A stretch of 57,916 bases of DNA, the filler included, from Basidiobolus ranarum (lineage: Eukaryota): NCBI GenBank assembly GCA_040143965.1. It is 7 parts of 7 records of this genome, joined end to end, with 100 filler letters (N's around TTAATTAATTAA, not from the genome) between each part and the next. Parts side by side here need not be neighbours in the genome. Positions count along the whole stretch, not along the records: positions 24,910 to 33,093 come from JASJQH010001003.1; positions 33,194 to 41,372 come from JASJQH010001004.1; 5 more parts are not named here. One strand, 5' to 3'. The notes below the pieces were generated by a model. The model worked only from the letters and a program-made list of their open reading frames with translations, was not told the origin of the DNA and did no database searches. Made by a program: the position numbers and the translations under genes. How positions within the stretch are numbered: position 1 is the first letter of the stretch; each line of letters begins with the position of its first letter. This document shows positions 24,810 through 38,509 of the stretch, one piece after another.

Positions 24810-24909
24810 NNNNNNNNNNNNNNNNNNNNNNNNNNNNNNNNNNNNNNNNNNNNTTAATTAATTAANNNNNNNNNNNNNNNNNNNNNNNNNNNNNNNNNNN
24901 NNNNNNNNN
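24810..24909. other. Artificial contig linker
   Basis: N44-TTAATTAATTAA-N44. Confidence 0.99.
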
Positions 24910-25413
24910 AATTGTTGCTATAGACTTCCAGCTAGACCTTTGGAAGCAATACCTTGCCTCCAAGACACCTTTCTTAATTCCCATTATTCCAGGTTTTTGT
25001 CCTATTGTCCATCTGGTTTGTACTGAGTACCTTCCTTTCTGCTTACCACCTTTACCCCTTAACACTATATTTACATCCTCTGAACTTGATTACATTGGTC
25101 ATCAGGTTAAGTATGGATATGATCAAGTATTGTCACAATATCTTAAAAGATTGATGTCTTGATTGTCACTTTGTTTAGATTAGTATTTAAGCTCAATAAA
25201 GTCCACACCATCTGGTGCTTTTCATCCCCCCTAACCCTAATAGGTGTGGCAATGCTTCTTAAATTCCATATATAAATCTTTAAGCCCATTGGCCTTACTT
25301 TATTATCTGTGACTTTTGTCATGCATTGATTGCATCATCAATGCTAGATACTGAACGGTTCTTATTTGTTGGAAATGTAAGAAAAACAAGTAGCGAAACT
25401 ACTTTACTTTCAT

Positions 25414-26526
25414 TTAAGCTTCAAAAGTGATTTCCGGGAATTTACTATCAGGTCGTTGCAGGATAGGATCATTGGTGTGCCCTAATATACGACCTAGAAA
25501 AGCGGTAATATAAGTGCGTTGTATTAACAATGACCTGAGTCCATTGATAGTTCCAATTACTGGCACTTGTACAGGATCTCTAATATCTAATAAGTCAGTT
25601 AGAACTGGTATATCGGAATATGTAAGATGACCAGAGTTGGCTAGTTGGAGTTGTAATCGCCATGATCGCAAGTTAGGCCAAAATTTTGCCCAACTGGCGG
25701 CGTTACTCCTGTTATGTTGGGTAAGACCCATTATGAGAAATGGCCGGTCCAAGCCTTTCTCTACCACTGGGCCCCAGAGTGCACCATCAAGATTAGCGCC
25801 TCCTATAATGCGAGTATCGTTCAGCATGGCGGTAGCTGCAGTTGCACCACCCAAAGAATGACCAAACATAGCAACCCTGCGAACATCCAGTTTCTTGCGC
25901 AGAGCTGGTATTTTCTTACTTATTTTTAAAGTGTTCAGCTGGTCTAATACAAAACTGACATCATCAGAACGAACGTTTACCGCCTGAATAATCTGTTCAA
26001 TAGTCCATTCCTTTCCAGGAATATCTGCAATTAGTTTTCCGTTGGGAAACTCCACAACATGTGCGTCATAGGGATGGTCAATAGATACTACAAGATAGCC
26101 ACGGCTTGCAATATCTGTCAACAGAGTTGTATGCATAAAGCGAGACATTCCTAAGCCATGGGAAAATAGAACAATCGGTAAGTCGGATTGAGCAATAGGG
26201 GCACCTAGATGAGTGTGGGTCTGAAAGCTTTGCAATGTATTATTGGGCAGTCCAAACATTTTGTTCATATATTGGGCAGTAAGCTCAGGCATATATGGCG
26301 AAGTAGGGTAACGGTGAGTATGCTTCGCAGGATAGAAAACTTGAATCATCAAAGCGCGTTTTTGTGAACCTGGGGCGTTTGGGTCAATCCGCTTGTGATC
26401 AACCAGCATTATATTGACAGTCCCAACTTTGAACTTTCCTGTCGCATCAGGCAAAGATAGTTTGGAAGATACAAAAGCAAGGGAAGCAGCAAGCAAAGCT
26501 ACCACAGTGAAAGATTTAATGATCAT
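25414..26526 (-). CDS. Secreted PAF-acetylhydrolase-like alpha/beta hydrolase, intronless
   Basis: Signal peptide; LFSHGLG, SIDHPYDA, nucleophile GHSLGG, NLDG, GHLTYSD. Confidence 0.92.
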   Translation of the reverse strand: MIIKSFTVVALLAASLAFVSSKLSLPDATGKFKVGTVNIMLVDHKRIDPNAPGSQKRALMIQVFYPAKHTHRYPTSPYMPELTAQYMNKMFGLPNNTLQSFQTHTHLGAPIAQSDLPIVLFSHGLGMSRFMHTTLLTDIASRGYLVVSIDHPYDAHVVEFPNGKLIADIPGKEWTIEQIIQAVNVRSDDVSFVLDQLNTLKISKKIPALRKKLDVRRVAMFGHSLGGATAATAMLNDTRIIGGANLDGALWGPVVEKGLDRPFLIMGLTQHNRSNAASWAKFWPNLRSWRLQLQLANSGHLTYSDIPVLTDLLDIRDPVQVPVIGTINGLRSLLIQRTYITAFLGRILGHTNDPILQRPDSKFPEITFEA

Positions 26527-29500
26527 CGTTGAATTTAAAGCTTGTACCAGTATCCAATCTATATATATACCCGAGAGAAGACTTACTGGTTGAATCCATA
26601 TTTACATCTTCCCTTGGCAGTCAACACACGGATAGCCTAATTCAAGCTCATGGAGTGTATGATTATATTGTGTATTGTAGTATACAGAAATGGCATAATA
26701 CAAGTGCTTTCCTAAGAATAAACAGGATATTGATTTGCAAGTTATGTTATAAAAAAGTTCTGTGATTGGTAATGATGACTACCGTGAGTGATGTATGTGT
26801 ATGGTGTAACGTGGATATAAGGCTATATTGCACATAGTGCACAACCTCGAAGTACTACACTTATTCTACTTCTGCTGATTCCAGTGTGGATCCAAGGCAT
26901 TGAATTACACCAATCTCAAGTAGTAACTTCAACTAGTTATTACTTGGATAAAGTGAATGAGAAGTATTTACGCTGCACATCGTTTATCTACTAGTATTTA
27001 TATTTATGATCCCGTCTTCTTTACGTAATGTCAGCTTTCCTCTCTTCTCGTATGAGTTGGATTCTTCAGTAGCGGTAACTAGAAGGTAGCCAACTCCAAT
27101 CAAATTATATTCGTTACACTTGGTTATATCAAGCGATGTAGAACCAGTCGGATACAGTGATATAGCGTTGGCGCGAATAAAACGGAACTGTGCCATCTAT
27201 TTATCTTGTTTTGTAGCACTAACCGCAATACTAACAGATGTGACGATAGTTATGGATTTAATATGAACTTTTTGATGTTAGTGTATTGTATTACAACCAA
27301 TCAAAGTAAGTACTATTTAAACAGATATTGAGGCTACTACTTTGTATTACCCAAGACTCAGCTTGATCTATTTAGCCAACATTTAACGCTACCAATAAGC
27401 CCAACATTCTAATAGGACGACGGGATCCCAACTAACGGAATATTGATGATTGAAGGGATATGGTATTTCGTCAAGTTCGGCATTGTGATAATGATCTGGC
27501 TTTGAAAAGCCCCTCGCAAGAGTTCTGTAGCGATTAAATGTTGTGGTAACTCACTAAATTCTTCAGCAATAAAGCCTTTCAGAAGACTACTTCCAGTAAG
27601 CTGTAAATGCGAAAAAAATACCTGAACTAAACAGTTGCTCAGAATGAACAGTCGCTCCACTCATTTTATTTGTTGTTTGAATGAATTGTAATTGAACCTG
27701 TTAACCAAACTCAGCTTGCTTTGACTCGTCTGAAAAAGCACTCTTTTGAGTCCTACTTGCATCTTTCCACAATAAGGCTCCTGCTCAACTTATCTTTAGC
27801 GACAGAGCAGAAAGCATGATACAGCTTCTGTGCTTCAAAGCAATGCCAACTATTGCCTTCTATTGATGAAATTCAAGTTTACCGAGCAATTTGAGATGGC
27901 CAACAATCACATTTGGTAGCAACTTTTCCTCATCCATCAACAGATTTATGTTCCTTGAACTTCCTAACATTATGGTTAAAAGAGAAGCTGTATCAATAGT
28001 TTGCATGATTTGAGAATTCTTCTTGTGAATTTTGGCTTGGACTGGTACACATTTTGAGAAACTCTTCCACAACATCCACCACCATCGTAGTCGTAGTAGA
28101 ATTCAATTTTCTTTTTTTCTAACTTGGTGTTTGCCTGGTATTTCGTTTGGATATCACTTCTTTATTTGGCTGGATACCTCTTTTTCGCTTTCTGGAGTTA
28201 ATCAGGGTCTTTGTGGAGATATCTGAGCTTCCACAGAAACGAACCACCCCCTTCCTTATCAAAGAATTTCGCCTAGCTAAACCTTCCGTAGCTTATTAGC
28301 AGCAATCGGTTTCTTGTTCAAGCTCAGAATTTCTTGATTTTGCCCCTCCTTCTCAAGGTACAATTCATTAATGATTTCTAAGCTTTCTTCTTTTTCTCGT
28401 TTAGCTTTTATGAATAATTGCTTCTCGATTTCTGTGAAATATTCTTTGGCTCAAGTATGGATATCAATATTTGGGTCTTCTTGCGAGTCAACGAGAAAGG
28501 AAATGTAGGCCCGATTCACTGAATCCTGTAGTATGTTGTTTATATCTAAATTGTTCTATCTGTTAATAGCGAGGAAAGTAATATCATATGTACCATTGGT
28601 AACTACATAAACGGTTGGTCTTTAATGCCATTCTTATTCGATAAATGGTTTGTGTTGGAATGATTGCTTAAATACCAGTATTAAATATACACTGGCGCAC
28701 ACAATGAATTCACTTTTTCGGTATGTAGTTTTGAAATGACCACATTTCTATATTCACTCCATTATTCAATAGGATATTGCTAGTACAGCTTAAACAGAAC
28801 TCAAACAACACTCTCTAACGTTATGAGAGGGATTCTATTGAGACTGACAGCGATACTTTCATTTGTGCATATTGTAGTCAAAGGGTTAATATTGAGCTAG
28901 ACATGTTTTTTACAATCTACTTAGATATTTTTGGGCATTTGTTAAGTACCGGCTCGACCATCACCAAACTTTTGACAAAATGGTTTTGGCCATCAGCATT
29001 GCATATTTCATCGGAATATGATATACTTGCATCCATTGTATCACTTGGGGTGAAGGTTAACAACAATGCACTTATAGCAAGTCATGAGAACTTCACCCTA
29101 GCTAAATACTCAATATTGACAATGTTAAGCATTTCATTAATATAAAGAGTAATCCTTGCTTCAAACATGACTTTTCAAGTAATTTCTTCAACTCAATTTT
29201 TGGTATTCTACAATTCATACATCTAAACAGCTGTCATATTCAGAAATAAAGGTTACTGAAAGCTTGATTAGTTTCTCTGGTGGTCACAAACATATACATC
29301 AAAACAGGGTCTATTCTAGGAAATATCTCTGCAGCCAGACTGACTATACTCAGTGTGGTGGGATTTAAGATCATTGAAATCACAATCAAAAGTTAGTGGA
29401 ACCAACTCTTAATACTCACATATGTCAGAAGAATGAAACGTATGAGAGATACTCATAAATATATAGAGATATTGAGTAATCTTCTTGAACTAACGAGTAC

Positions 29501-29772
29501 GTTCTTAATGCTATTACATTTGCGGTTTGATAATGGGCAATATATCTTAGAGTATTTAACTTATCCTGCTTTACATGCCACATGCTCAACACCCTAACTG
29601 CTGTACCTAGACTTCCAGATGCTAAGTGTTAGTGTGACTAACATTGGCAGTATCATGACTGTGGTGAGTTATGGTCAAGGTTTAAGTTAAACCATCCCAT
29701 CGATACAAGAGTGCCTGCCATTGCCAATCTCCTCTGACTGGATTAGTGCATTTCCATAACTATAGCTATATA

Positions 29773-30102
29773 TGTTAAAGTATTTGGGAGCCTGTTGGAA
29801 GTGGTTTGGAGAATTAGAGAAATTGGTGGTTTTCACTTGTTGATTTATTTGGTAGAAACTTGACATTTATAGTTTTGTCAAGATGTGAGCAAACTAACAT
29901 GTAGAATGTGCTAAGGAAGGTCCCAGGAACATGTGTGCAAAATTTGGGGCTTTTAGCATAAGTTTGAAAAAAATTATATATTTGAGAACTTCTAAGAAAA
30001 TTCCTCATGAGAATAATGGGCAATATCTTAGTTCAATATAAGATAACTAAATACTAAGCTATATATGACTATATAGGTGTTTAGGCAATGCTAATTTCAA
30101 CA
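29773..30102 (-). mobile_element. Solo Copia-family LTR
   Basis: Reverse complement of the 648-995 LTR; TG..CA ends; flanks ATATA/ATATG (5-bp TSD with one mismatch). Confidence 0.92.
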
Positions 30103-30307
30103 ATATGATGTGGCTTAACAATTTGCGGATCACTACTACATTTGGGAAATTGTATATTTTGAATAGTTTGGAAATAACTCTTCATTCTTGGCATCAGCAT
30201 GTGACTAATTGATGGAATCCCAGGAATGTTTTCACTTTAAAGTTTATTAGTTTATTTGTGGTGGATCAATTAAGTATAGAATGTTAATTCTAAATCTGGG
30301 CTGCTTC

Positions 30308-31758
30308 TCATAGCCTGATTCGATCACTCTCATTTGGACAATAGACCTCCATGTGGGGATTAAAAGACCATGTCTTACGACGTTGTTCAAAGGGAATCCA
30401 GAAATTATTCCACAACCCTTTAGCAATGTAGGCATGAGCTTTACGACTATTAAAAAAAGTTAAATGTTAGCTCGAATAGACATTGCGTAGATAAAAGCTC
30501 ATTGTAGGAACCTTGGGTGGAAACAATCGATGTTGGATAAATAGTCGATGGGGAGACTGGCAAGGTCTATGTCGAGGGGGTGAAGTGTCAAGGCAAAGGT
30601 GTCACTTTGTTGACTCTTATAATCTTGATAGATCTTATAAAGTCTCTCGTTAAAGGCAGCGGCACGATTATCCATGTCCTTACGAGACTCCTCACCGAGT
30701 TTACCTCCAAGTAATGCACATGGGCATTCGATGTTAAGATGAGGTAGTCCCTGGATCTTTTGACTGTAAATAGATGGTTTAATGGTTAATCAACTAACCA
30801 TAATAATAGTGGGACTTTACCAGTAAGGATCGCTCTTAGTTTTAGCCCAAGTTTGACTAACATTAAAGACTCCACCTAAGAGAGAAGCAAGAGGGTTAAG
30901 TAAGTGGAGAAAGGTGAATTTGTCAGTATGTACACCTACCAAGACTGATGATGACTTTAGGAATGTCTTTACGAACGCGATCTATAGCTGTACGGATGTT
31001 CTTCTCATAAGCGTCAGGGCCTGAGTATTGAAAAGCATCCAAACATGCCTGGCACATATCATTACTACCCAATTGTAGAGTGAGCAATTTCCAGTCATTC
31101 TGAAGATCAATTCCCGGATAATTTTTGATACGACTCAGTAGATAATCTACTTCAGAACCCAGATTGGTTGACAAAGCGCCCGATTGTGCGGCATTGAGAT
31201 TATCTTTGGCGGGTCTGTATTGGAATGGTGGGCAGAGTGGACCTGCAACCAAATACCAATTTTGTGAGTTCCTCTTCAAAGTGAGACTATGGTCTAGTGT
31301 AATTTAAAGGTTTACCGTAACATAGTTCTACCAAGTGATCCCCAACAGAAGGTCCCCTGGCTGTAGTATTATAATGACTAAATAGATTTGGTATAGTAGT
31401 CTCACCTGGATCCTGAGATTATCAAAGTGGATTAGCCTAGAGAACCATCTGCATTAAACAAACATAACCGTACCCCTCCAGCGGCGTAGCTGACTCCACG
31501 ATTTTCGTACAAGGATTTGATGCTTATGAGTTGGTTATTTTGGATGCCTTTAGCAGCAAATCCTGCGGTAATACTGTCTCCTAATGCCATGAAAACCTTG
31601 ATATCATCTGCACGAAGGTCTTTAATGCTGGTAGGGGAGGTAAGTCTTGGGGTCAGGCGGGGACATTGCGAGATATCGTTAGCAGCATAGATCTCTCTTG
31701 CATTGAATAGGCCGGTTATCAATACAACGCTTCCAACTAACTTAGTCAATACGCCCAT
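30308..31758 (-). CDS. Secreted phospholipase B1-like SGNH/GDSL lipase, multi-exon
   Basis: Signal peptide; LRADDIKVFMALGDSITAG, DWKLLTLQLGSNDMC, YLSNIDCFHP (block V), LWNNFW..VYCPNESDRIRL-stop. Confidence 0.93.
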
Positions 31759-32982
31759 TTCAAGAGTCTATACCCGAGGAGTAGATTCTTATTGAGAGAA
31801 ATATTGTGCAAGTCTATTTTATAGCAAAAAGCGACTTGTTTTCTTTAAAAGCCACAACGACATCCGATCGGGTTATATTTCTCTGTACTGCTTACCAGGA
31901 TTTCTGGGTTACGTTAATATGAAACTGTGGTTAAGATGCTTATTACTCTATCAATGTATAATTGGTGGATAGTTGGTAAGCAGAAATATCGGCAAACATG
32001 TAAAGTGACAACCATTTATCAGTTGAACCAAGCAATCGTGCCTACTAGACTGGTACATTGGGAAAGCGTAGTTGATATTCCCCCCTATTGGTTGCCAAAC
32101 CTGTTATGAAGGAATGTTGTAGAACTAATTGATTGCTTTGGAAATTGATCAGCTATCTTTGACACAGATTATAGTAATTAATTCAGGTGAGATCGCTCGA
32201 ATTGGTTTGGAACATATTGCTTGAAAAGTTGATTCTTCACGCATATTCTTGAGAAACTTAGACAACTCTAACCACTGTACTTGGTATGAATAGTGGGACC
32301 AACTTGAGAAGTTGAAGATCCCAATATAAGGTTAAATGAAACATAAATTAGTTGGTTAGAAGACAATACTCTCTTAGGTAACTCTCACCATCAATACACA
32401 TTCGGATTCATCAATTTGCATTCCCAGTAGCATTCCAATAAGTCTGCTAGTTCCAGGCCATAAAAAAGACACTTGATTTACAGATTACATGATTCTCTTG
32501 CTGAGTAAATTTGAATTGAGTTCAGAGTAATATATTTACAAACCCCACCGCGCGACTCTGGGTACAATGGCCCTACGAGTGCAACCAGATGGATAGCGTT
32601 TAGCAATTAGATATACGCATTACCTTTCAATTACATCTAATAATCCCATTTACTGCTTGAATATTACTCAGCGACCTCTGATGATGGTAACACCAATCAA
32701 ATTCAGGCTGAGCTAGGCTCTAGTCAAATAAAGAAAATGTTGAATAAAACTAGCTACAGTATGAGTAAATAGGTACAACTTTCTATATTTTTAGCGTATT
32801 TCTTATTGAATAAGCTCAAAATTCAAAAACATTATAGAAGAGTGGCATATTGATAACCCTATTCCTTCTTCACTGATCTCTGTTTCTAACTCTTGCTTCA
32901 GGAATCTATGCTTGTATTTTCAATTGGTTACTTTTCTATTTTTCTATCTTACCAATAATGCTATTCATGCAACCAGTGTTTA

Positions 32983-33093
32983 TGTTGAAATTAGCATTGC
33001 CTAAACACCTATATAGTCATATATAGCTTAGTACTTAGTTATCTTATAATTCACTAAGATATTATCAATTATTCTCAATCGGAATTTACTTAG
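32983..33093 (+). mobile_element. 5' part of a Copia-family LTR, cut by the contig end
   Basis: TGTTGAAATTAGCATTGCCTAAACACCTATATAGTC.. matches about 648-757. Confidence 0.92.
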
Positions 33094-33193
33094 NNNNNNN
33101 NNNNNNNNNNNNNNNNNNNNNNNNNNNNNNNNNNNNNTTAATTAATTAANNNNNNNNNNNNNNNNNNNNNNNNNNNNNNNNNNNNNNNNNNNN
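33094..33193. other. Artificial contig linker
   Basis: N44-TTAATTAATTAA-N44. Confidence 0.99.
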
Positions 33194-33898
33194 GATCACT
33201 TGGAAAAATTCATGTAAATTAATTTTGAGCTATCTTTTGGATGTGAATGAAGCCGAGGATGTTACAAAATACTGGGCTGAATTCGAAGCAATACTCTGTT
33301 CAATTTCATGAGGTACTTTTCCATATGTACAGGCAGTATGTTGTCGATAAGCAATTGTTATTTTATGAAGATTATGATCCGAAATAAGATTCCACAATAC
33401 AGTTTAACCAGCATGCCTTAATTTACTTGCATATTGTTGGCTTGAGAAATGTTGAGTTTTGTGACAAAAACTGGAAGAATTTTGGGAGTCCTGGTTATAT
33501 GCCGCTTTATATATTGCAAGATTAGTGTGCAGTGGCAATTTCGAATAAATGAATGCATATATGTGTTTCCCATTTGAGCTCATGATACACATAAATAAAG
33601 CAGCAGTGCTTGTATATGATCTATAAAATAGATTTTCTATCAATACTCCAATATGTATTACACCACCCTGTTAGGTCTGATAAATATTTGGCATGAGAGT
33701 ACCCAGGCAATGTAGGCAACTTGAGCTTCAGAGCTAATATGTATATGTTGCGGTCTGATCATTAATGCAAGATGCCATTACCACTATGCTGCACTCATTT
33801 TCATGTCTCATTGAAGTTATATGCCCAATATGGGAAAAAGAATTACTAGTGAGTTAAATGCTTAAAGGTGCACTAAATATTAAAGAATTAGAAACGAG

Positions 33899-34151
33899 TG
33901 TTGAAGTATTTTGGGAGTTGTTGAAAGTGATTTGGAGAACTAGAAGAATTGGTGGTTTTTCACTTACTAATTATTGAGTGCAAGTTGACATTGATGATTT
34001 TGTCAAGAAGTAGATAAACTAATGTGTAAAGGACAGTGTGAGGTTTTTTGGAAAAGTTGGCGAAAATCATATAATTTAAGAACCAAGTGAATTCCTCATG
34101 AAAATGTTGAATAATAACAGTGAAATTTAGGTAGCTATGCTATTGTCAACA
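33899..34151 (-). mobile_element. Diverged, internally deleted solo LTR of the same family
   Basis: TGTTGAAGTATTTTGGGAG..GAATTGGTGGTTTTTCAC..GTCAACA; flanks ACGAG/AGGAG (TSD with one mismatch). Confidence 0.8.
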
Positions 34152-34953
34152 AGGAGGTGTTTGCTATTTACAAGTAGCTCAAATTAATCATCAAGTAAAA
34201 GTGCAGTCTCTCACAAGTTTTGAAAGATATTCTATTTTTTCTATTGTATCTTTAAAAGTTTGACCCCTTTTTTTCTGGTCAATAGCGAAGAATTTTTCAA
34301 GATGACCATTACTCTCTTAAAAGCTCTGCCACAGAGTCCAGATGTTAATAGTATTTTTCAGACTTTGCTGCACTAACACTCGATTCATACTTCTATATCC
34401 CAAGTAATCCGTTCATCCACCTTCAATCGCCTGAGCCAGCATTTGCTAAACCTAGTAGAACTTCACCAATTCAAATGAGAATAGTCAGAGTTTGACTTAA
34501 TGAGATGCCGAGCGGGGGTCTTAAGTGCAATGTTGAAACATGAAACGATAACCACGCCTTCATTTGCCATTTTTTGGTTAGGTTGAGCTAATATGCAAGC
34601 GAAATGCTGAATCCTAAGAAAAATCTCCGAAATCAGAAGTACTCTTTCTAAAATCCAAGTTTAGTATTTGCTATCAAGAATTGCGGATCTGAGCCATCCG
34701 CAAATACTTGGTGCCATTAATGGACCAATTCCCTAGCGTATTTTCTAATTGAAGCAATCTTATTACAAATATTTCAGGGCCCGAAATAGATCTATTAAGG
34801 AGCACTTGCCAGATATGACCAACGCTACTGATTAGTGGATTGACATAAACCTAGCATTGAAACGAATACTACCCCCATCTTCCTTTTTAAGAAGTTTCTC
34901 TTTAACTCTCTCCCTAGTTCTTACATAGCACAAGAAAAGCTCTTCTACTCAAC

Positions 34954-36909
34954 ATGACAAGTCCTGTCAATTCCGATCCAGTGGATTCTTATGTACTATA
35001 TCCAGTCAATTCCCCAGAGCCTATGTTGGATTACCCATCGTCTTGTGTCTCCGGTAAGGTTTAGCCTCTGATAATATTGGCGAATGCTCTAAATTGATAT
35101 TTTATCTTTTAGTTAAACGCAACAGAGAAGGATATGAGTCATCTCTGACATCAGGTTAGTGTTTTCAACTATTTAAATTATTGAATAGTTGACGTAGCTT
35201 AACTGTGTCTGAAATTCAGATAATCTTGGTAAAAAGCCTGGTCGCAAACCTGTAGCTACGGTGCCTATATCGGTATTTTAAATGCCATAGTTTTCCTTTC
35301 CTTAAGCTTCAACCGTCTTAACTAGCTCTAATAGAAAAGACAGATGCAGAATCGTGAAGCCCAACGGCTCTTTCGTGAGCGTAAAATGAAACAGCAACAG
35401 CATTTATATGATCGAATCAAAGAGTTAGAGGATATACGAAACAACACACAGCGAGAGAATCATCATTTAAAATTAATGGCGCATGAACTTAAAGTCCAGA
35501 ATGAAAGGCTTCAGACTACAATAGAATCTATGTACATGGAAGAAGGCAAACCATCTTGCCCAAGTAGCTTAGAAGAAAGAGATTACAAGCCGGGTCCCCT
35601 CTCTTCACAAATGTCCCCTCAACTACAAGGATCTTTCCGCTATACCAATATTAGACCTCCACTTAACAATGTTTCAACGGATCTTCCGCTTCTAACCCCT
35701 GAACCAGGTATGGATAACCGATTGAAGGATATTTACTAAAGTTTGATTTGATGTTTATATGCACCTATAGTATACAGTACTGCCCCAAAAGCTTCGAAAG
35801 AGGATTTTCGATATCTCACTTATGTGACCACCCCTTCAAACCGGCCCCAGACCCACTTTACACATATTGAAAGCCCACAGGAGGATGTGAATCGCATTTC
35901 TTCAAGCCGAAGGAATTCAACTTTACCAGAAGCATTGATTTTGGAACGTCCCCTCGAGTCACTAAATAGACCTCACAAGGTCTTCGTGACCTCAGATTGT
36001 GAATTCATTACAAATCATGAGAATACATTTCAGATTCACAGCCCTAAAAGTGAGAGCAGTTCAAATGCGCAGTGTTCACTCCCTCTTACTCCAACAAAGT
36101 CATCAAGTTCACTGTATGATGAGAACCTTGCTTTACATAGCAAGCCCATTGCGCAGCCATTCGAAAGTATGAAGGAGAATAATTCGTTTCAATTCGTATC
36201 CTCGACGAACCGTTCGAATGTGAATGATACTTCAATTAGTTTAGTAAGTGATAACCAGTCAACGTTCAAATCAACACCAATACCAGATTCCAAAAGAGCC
36301 TTATCCCTCAATATCTTCTCCGAGAAACTTGGAACTACCTTATCGAGTTGTTCCAGTGTCTCACGGCACGCAGATCTCCCAATCTGTGAACAAACATCTA
36401 AGCCCTTTACCAATACCACCATTCACATACCTCATACATCTTCTTACGAGCAACCATCACATGTGTCTTTAACGCCTAAGCCTATTTCGAGTAAAAAGGA
36501 GACGATTTTAGTGGCCAAGGGGTTCGTAGCGGAAAGCAATAAAGTGGTTTACTCAACTTGTACGAGCCCCAACTCACAGTCAGATAAAAGCCATATACCT
36601 CTCAGCACGCAGAAAACTCCTGACAGTGGATCACATTACAGTGATCACCAGGATCTTCCAACGACGAACACTCATGACACTCGGCATCCAAATTGTTCTA
36701 ATGGCCCGGGCCCCATTCCAGAGTGTAGTGAAACTAACCTTGAAGAGGATCTATCGGTAGAATATCTGGACCAGCTAGTGATAGAGCTTCATGACTTGTG
36801 TAGAGAAATGAAGGAAAAGGCTGCCTTATCGTCGGAGCCATTCGAGTTTGAGTGGCCTTGTGAAGAGATAGATAGTAAACTTGATAAAATGAATACGTTC
36901 AAGCTCTAA
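34954..36909 (+). CDS. Yap/AP-1-like bZIP transcription factor, multi-exon
   Basis: KKPGRKP..|KRQMQNREAQRLFRERK basic region plus leucine zipper; C-terminal LHDLCREMKEKAALS resembles the Yap1 C-terminal Cys-rich domain. Confidence 0.85.
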
Positions 36910-38509
36910 GTCAACTGGGTCATTTATTTTCGGACATTAGATATGCCAGGAAATGATATGAAATGTAATATTCTGAGCTATTGTTAATATAGGTAATTGA
37001 TCGTGAATATTATGTATCTGCAAAGGCTGTACTAGTAGCTTAAGCCATCACCACTCTCGATCGGAATGTTATATTGCTTAGTAGTCTGATGTAGAATAGG
37101 TTACAGAATGGTGCACTTGATTTGTATAATGAATGCTTTTCATTCTTCACTCCGCCCTACTTCAGTAGCGATGGGTTTTTGTTCTTAATATGCCTCTGGT
37201 TCCCCTGACTGATTTACAGTCAAACTCAGCAACTCAGGGAGCTTCCACATTAAAAATCCAATCATTATTAGCGATAGTGACCATGCCAAACGTTGGCTCC
37301 GAAGTAGCCTATCACCACATAAAGTCCTTCAGTGTAAGGATGTTCGTTTGCCATTCGGCATTTTGTGTAGAAATGTCTCCATAGTGTTAGACGGACCATA
37401 GAGCCTTGGATCAACCGAAAAGAAGGAATTTACGGACCATGAAGATCTCGAAGTCGACCGCTTCTTAAGCTTGGTAAGATCGGCGGTTTGAATGATTTCT
37501 CGATCTAGCTGGGGAAGCTTGATTCTTTCAGCACAATATAGGACCATGGCGTAGATTCCTTAGCCAGCTGATGGATCAAGTGCACTCTGACTCCTGCAGG
37601 CGCTAGGGTGTTTGGAGTGGATTTGCCTTAATCTACCAAGTAAAGAGACTAGTTTCATTTGTAAGGACGTCTCCTCCATCCATAGTTTGGAATGGGAATC
37701 AATATAATTGGGAAGCTCTCGGATCCCATAGGAAAATACATACCAGGAAGCACCAAACTTTGTGTGGCATATTCCACCAATACCAAGACTCTTTTTGGTC
37801 ATTTTGATCCGAAACACAATCGCCATCTCTCTCCCTCCCCCACAAGCACCGATTTGTCTACCACCGAGTCTGTACACTTCCTAAATCGATTCTGATAATC
37901 ACAATGTCTTATCAGCGCCATGATATTTCGGATCCGCATTCCTTTTCTGCTGAAACGATTGATGGAGCGGCGATCCTGATTAATTGAATCGAATGATTGG
38001 ACCATGTAGTTCATTCGTTCATTCATCTATGGAGATGGCATTAATACCCATTGATTCCTGAGTAGATAGAGGGCAGGAATCGTGACCATTGAAGGCCAAT
38101 AACATTGCGATAGCAGGCAATAAGAGGGAATCTAAATAATGCCATTGCTTCACCGAGCACAAATGCCAATCCTTTGGTAAACGCCATATTTCATTTTAAT
38201 TCCAATTTCTTCCGAATACAAAGCTTAGGAGATTATATGTAAAAAAATATGAATCTGAGTAAAGTAAGTTCATAAAGGTTCTCCAGATTCAAAAAAGCGA
38301 AGGCTATTCAACATGAAGATAAAAAATGAAAAGAGACTCAAAAGGATTTAGAACAATGGGTTAATAGTCAAGGATTAAAGTGACAATGGACCATAATAAG
38401 AGAAAGCAATAGGTGGAAGTGAGGAAAAATCAAGCAAAATAATAAAAAGTTGCCATCTTGCATTGTATTCCTTGGGAAATAATGCTTGTTTGACCTCCTA
38501 ATTCTCTTC

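Noticed and set aside
24910-25340. Possible gag or LTR remnant at the contig start
   Set aside because: CpG-poor and TE-like, but no intact zinc knuckle, PBS or TSD to support a call
27400-28680. Long coding-like minus-strand tract with a possible intron
   Set aside because: Many stops and frameshifts and no recognisable motif; probably a decayed gene or TE but cannot be named
37100-38190. Cluster of short ORFs between the bZIP and aquaporin genes
   Set aside because: No consistent frame, splice pattern or domain recognised
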